DNA of 64,000 bases from Gammaproteobacteria bacterium (GTDB lineage Bacteria > Pseudomonadota > Gammaproteobacteria > QNFE01), in NCBI GenBank assembly GCA_003645455.1, contig QNFE01000003.1, forward strand, positions 1,442 to 65,441. The letters run 5' to 3'. Shown in pieces: positions 61,370 to 64,000 of the stretch. The notes beneath the pieces are model-generated. The model had not been told where the DNA came from. It saw only the letters and a program-made list of their open reading frames with translations, and made no database searches. Position 1 is the stretch's first letter, and every line of letters begins with the position of its first letter. Made by a program: the position numbers and the translations under genes.

Positions 61370-61560
61370 CTGCGGTCGCGATGCTTTGTTTCTTCGTTTC
61401 TGGCAATGACAGTTCATCCGTCACTGCGAGCGAGCTTGGCGAAACGTGGCAGTCTCTCTTTTTACCCCAAGAGATTGCTTCGTTCCTCGTAATGACGGCA
61501 ACGAATTACCTAACTTATACAGCAATGACGGCTCCCTAAAAGAGATTGCCATATTCACAC
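61370..61560. repeat. MITE family 1 copies between array and cas operon
   Basis: GTCACTGCGAGCGAGC..., CTCGTAATGACGG, CAATGACGG motifs. Confidence 0.5.
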
Positions 61561-61588
61561 ACTCACTTGCAATGATGAGGTTTAATAA

Positions 61589-61861
61589 TTAAAAAGGACA
61601 GTCATCATCATAAGCAGTATAACCGTTATTGTTATTATAAGAGTTGTGTTTTTGATAGACTTTGCAGAATATTTCCATATTTGTGACTATTTCTTGGAAT
61701 ACTGTCCGATCTTCATAGGCGATATGAAATGGAGCATCGTTTATCATCTGGTCGGTTTTTTTGGCAATTATTGCAGGATCGATAAAATAATCAGGCAACA
61801 GACGAGCTGCATTAATTTCTTGGGTTATTAAATCACATCTTAAATCGTGCTTGGTTTTCAT
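61589..61861 (-). CDS. Hypothetical 90-aa protein, last gene of cas operon (ATGA overlap with cas2)
   Basis: No motif recognised; two Cys near C-terminus; not convincingly Cas4. Confidence 0.3.
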   Translation of the reverse strand: MKTKHDLRCDLITQEINAARLLPDYFIDPAIIAKKTDQMINDAPFHIAYEDRTVFQEIVTNMEIFCKVYQKHNSYNNNNGYTAYDDDCPF

Positions 61862-62160
61862 TTATTTCTCCTTATTTTAGTAAAATTTTTTGGTAAAAGA
61901 TAATCTAATGGCGTATCTTTGCCATAGATTGAAATTTTGGTTTTTTTATCAAAACGATATATTTTTATATCATCTTGTTTTGGATCAATTATTTTATTAA
62001 TATCTGTTTGATATTCTAAGATTTGTCTGTTCGTTGTGTCTGCCATATATACCGAATATTGAATAGGCAAGGTTATGGCACACAGGTATTGGTGAACTTT
62101 TCTCAATCGTTTTTTGCATTTTATATCGTAACAAATTAAATATAAATTTGTATGTGCCAT
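61858..62160 (-). CDS. cas2: Cas2 (copy b)
   Basis: LYLICYDIKCKKRLRKVHQYL...IQYSVYMA...DDIKIYRF Cas2 signature. Confidence 0.7.
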   Translation of the reverse strand: MAHTNLYLICYDIKCKKRLRKVHQYLCAITLPIQYSVYMADTTNRQILEYQTDINKIIDPKQDDIKIYRFDKKTKISIYGKDTPLDYLLPKNFTKIRRNK

Positions 62161-62163
62161 TTT

Positions 62164-63255
62164 TTAAAATAACTCCGCTTGAATGGGGGTTGTTATATTT
62201 AACACTACATCGTCATCGTTGTCATTGATGAGGCTGTTTTTGAGTTGATAACTTTGTAATCTTAACCATCTTCTGTATGGTGGTAGCCATTTTTCTAATT
62301 GATGATAATAGATTTTACGCCCTGTTTTTGATAACAAGCATTTTTTAGCATTTTTAATAAAATGTTCTTGGCGAATATCTTGCTCGGCAAACAAACGCCA
62401 GATAAAATATTCCGCCGAGGGGCGAATTGGCTCTATTATATCAGAGGCAAGAGCAGCATGATTGTAGGATGGTTTATGTAGAAAACCTATGTATGGATCC
62501 AGACCTGCTTGATATTAACTCGGCAGTTAAATACATGTATTCAACTTCCCATAAGAACTAACAAGGGGACATGTCCCCTTGTCAAAATAGAGAAGTTTAT
62601 TGTTGCCAGTTTAATAAATAGCTTTGACAGCTTGGCTGTATAAAATTGTATAAGTCAAAGACAACACCGAATTAACAGGATCTGGGGCAGGATGTTTGGC
62701 TCGTTTGGTAAAATTCAAAGATGGAGCAAATAATTGAGTATAGGCTTGAAAGAAAAATTTGGAGGCACAGCCTTCTATACCGAGTAACTGGTTGGTATTG
62801 ATGGGTTCTGTCAGAGATTTATTTGTCAATAAAAATTTTAATTTATCATAGGTTTGCTGTAAAATTTTATCTTTATCGGTGCGAGTGCTGGTGATTTTTT
62901 TAATCAATTTTAGCTGTTTGGTGATTTTGTTGGTAATTTGATGGGTTGCCAGATTAAGCGGAATATCTTTTTTTTCTAACCATCTATATTGTGAGATTCT
63001 GCCTTTGGCATCTTTGTGAGGCGAGCCAAAGATTATGACAGGTTCCACTGATCTTTTGTTGATAAAAACAATGCTGACATTATGCTTTTGGCAAGCATAT
63101 AATAACTTGGCGTTGAGATTGCAGTGACCGTAGATTATTATTCTCTCGATGAGCTGCAAAGGTAAGGCTTGATAAGTTTTATCGGCTTTGAGTTTGATCC
63201 TTTTGCCATCGGTATCAAGGTTGATGTGTTGTTTGTCAATATAGATTGTTTTCAT
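62164..63255 (-). pseudogene. cas1: cas1 interrupted in frame by a 96-nt palindromic mini-element insertion (62518..62613) carrying stop codons
   Basis: N-terminal part ends ...LSLTYTILYSQAVKAIY*; C-terminal part resumes QAGLDPYIGFLHKPSYNHAALASDIIEPIRP...; same frame on both sides; catalytic E/H/D present. Confidence 0.7.
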
Positions 63256-63263
63256 TTTAGTTG

Positions 63264-63557
63264 TTATCCGATATATATCATATTGTTTTCAGCAGGCTTC
63301 AAAGCAATGCCACAGGTTATCAGAGGATTATTTTTAGGTAATTTTATGATTAGAAAACGATCTGTTTTTTTGTTTAGTTGGGGGATGATCTGGTTTTTTA
63401 TATTCTGGCAATTTGCCGGGGTCAGATAACACTCATAGACCGATTTTTGCCATTGATAAGAATAGGATTGCAAAATCTTGCATATACGAGATCGGGTGTT
63501 ATGACAACTTATGTCATAGGATAATAAATAAAAATGATTATTTGGTTTTAAGCTCAT
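63264..63557 (-). CDS. cas2: Cas2 (copy a), upstream of cas1
   Basis: HFYLLSYDISCHNTRSRICKILQSYSYQWQKSVYECYL...DRFLIIKL Cas2 signature. Confidence 0.65.
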   Translation of the reverse strand: MSLKPNNHFYLLSYDISCHNTRSRICKILQSYSYQWQKSVYECYLTPANCQNIKNQIIPQLNKKTDRFLIIKLPKNNPLITCGIALKPAENNMIYIG

Positions 63558-63694
63558 AACAACAATGGTGGAATTAAAAAAAACCACTATTGTATATTAT
63601 TTTTTTAAATATGTGTTTTATGACAAGCTTGTCATTTTTTTTGGCGAGTAAAAATAATGCCAGTCCATTTTTTAAGTGGTCAGGGTGGTTATCT

Positions 63695-64000
63695 CTTTTT
63701 GAAGTCGTCATTGCGAGGAATTCGCCGCAGAGCGGATACCGTGGCAATCTCTTGAGGGTTTAGTGTGTAACCTCAGGAGATTGCCACGGCTACGCCTCGC
63801 AATGACGGGGTTATGTTTTGGTGCTGTTGCGGTGTTTTATATTAACTTATTTCTTGTCTGCGAATTACCTAACTTATACAGCAATGACGGGGTTTTTTGT
63901 GGCAGTCTTTTGGTTTAGCCAAGAGATTGCTTCGCTACGCTCGCAATGACGGCTCCCTAAAAGAGGTTGCTTCGTTCCTCGCAATGACGGGGTTTTTTGT
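63695..64000. repeat. MITE family 1 copies (window edge)
   Basis: GTCATTGCGAGGAATTCGCC...CGCAATGACGG repeated. Confidence 0.55.

Noticed and set aside
60000-61600. Search for a tracrRNA anti-repeat complementary to the 37-nt repeat
   Set aside because: No segment complementary to GTCTTAATCCCCTTTATGTCGGGTCTCGGTCTCTGAC was found by eye in the array flanks, so a type II assignment is unsupported. A proper alignment would be needed to exclude it.
61589-61861. Cas4 assignment for the 90-aa ORF
   Set aside because: It is too short, lacks the RecB-nuclease motifs, and has only two C-terminal Cys instead of the Cas4 Fe-S cluster pattern.
1-64000. Transposase, integrase, rRNA or tRNA genes
   Set aside because: No transposase or integrase motifs (DDE, tyrosine recombinase R..H..R..Y) were found in any ORF. 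No rRNA-like regions were seen. tRNAs cannot be excluded by eye, but no cloverleaf-like GC-rich 75-nt segment was evident in the intergenic regions.

Overview
This is a 64-kb chromosomal window from a very AT-rich (roughly 30% GC) gammaproteobacterium-like genome. Three short non-coding repeat families are scattered through it. Housekeeping genes present: dgkA 3-prime end, trmL, moaA, ftsB, ispD, ispF, nagZ, hpt, ampG, gmk, aroE, prpE, a DUF47/phosphate-transporter pair, ugd, ruvX, argF, parC, an MMPL/LolA-like/TetR cluster, recO-era-rnc, maf, mobB, a CorC-family gene, radA and mfd. Accessory regions: (i) A 5.9-kb toxin-antitoxin island (RelE/ParE modules, BrnTA, VapBC, decayed toxins) plus a frameshifted Sel1/HCP gene, inserted between ispD and ispF and associated with MITEs. 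(ii) A 3.3-kb island after aroE, bounded by a duplicated aroE 3-prime end, carrying an endonuclease-I gene (interrupted by TAG after a G9 tract), a Sel1 protein and a solitary N6-adenine DNA methyltransferase. (iii) A tandem triad of paralogous lipoproteins with a 36-nt in-frame VNTR, bracketed by MITEs. (iv) At the 5-prime end, an operon-like cluster of a FliF/YscJ-like protein, a FliF-like protein fused to a FliG/MgtE_N-like domain, and a Sel1+SPOR protein. (v) The main find: an atypical, apparently degenerating CRISPR-Cas locus at 58.7-63.6 kb. It comprises a Csx1/Csm6-like CARF-HEPN gene, a 37-nt-repeat array whose oldest repeats are split by insertions, a 90-aa unknown ORF, and a cas2-cas1-cas2 adaptation module. 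The cas1 in that module is split by a roughly 96-nt insertion of a palindromic mini-element. Two array spacers derive from that same element. No Cas9/Cas12/Cas10 effector gene is present in the window.
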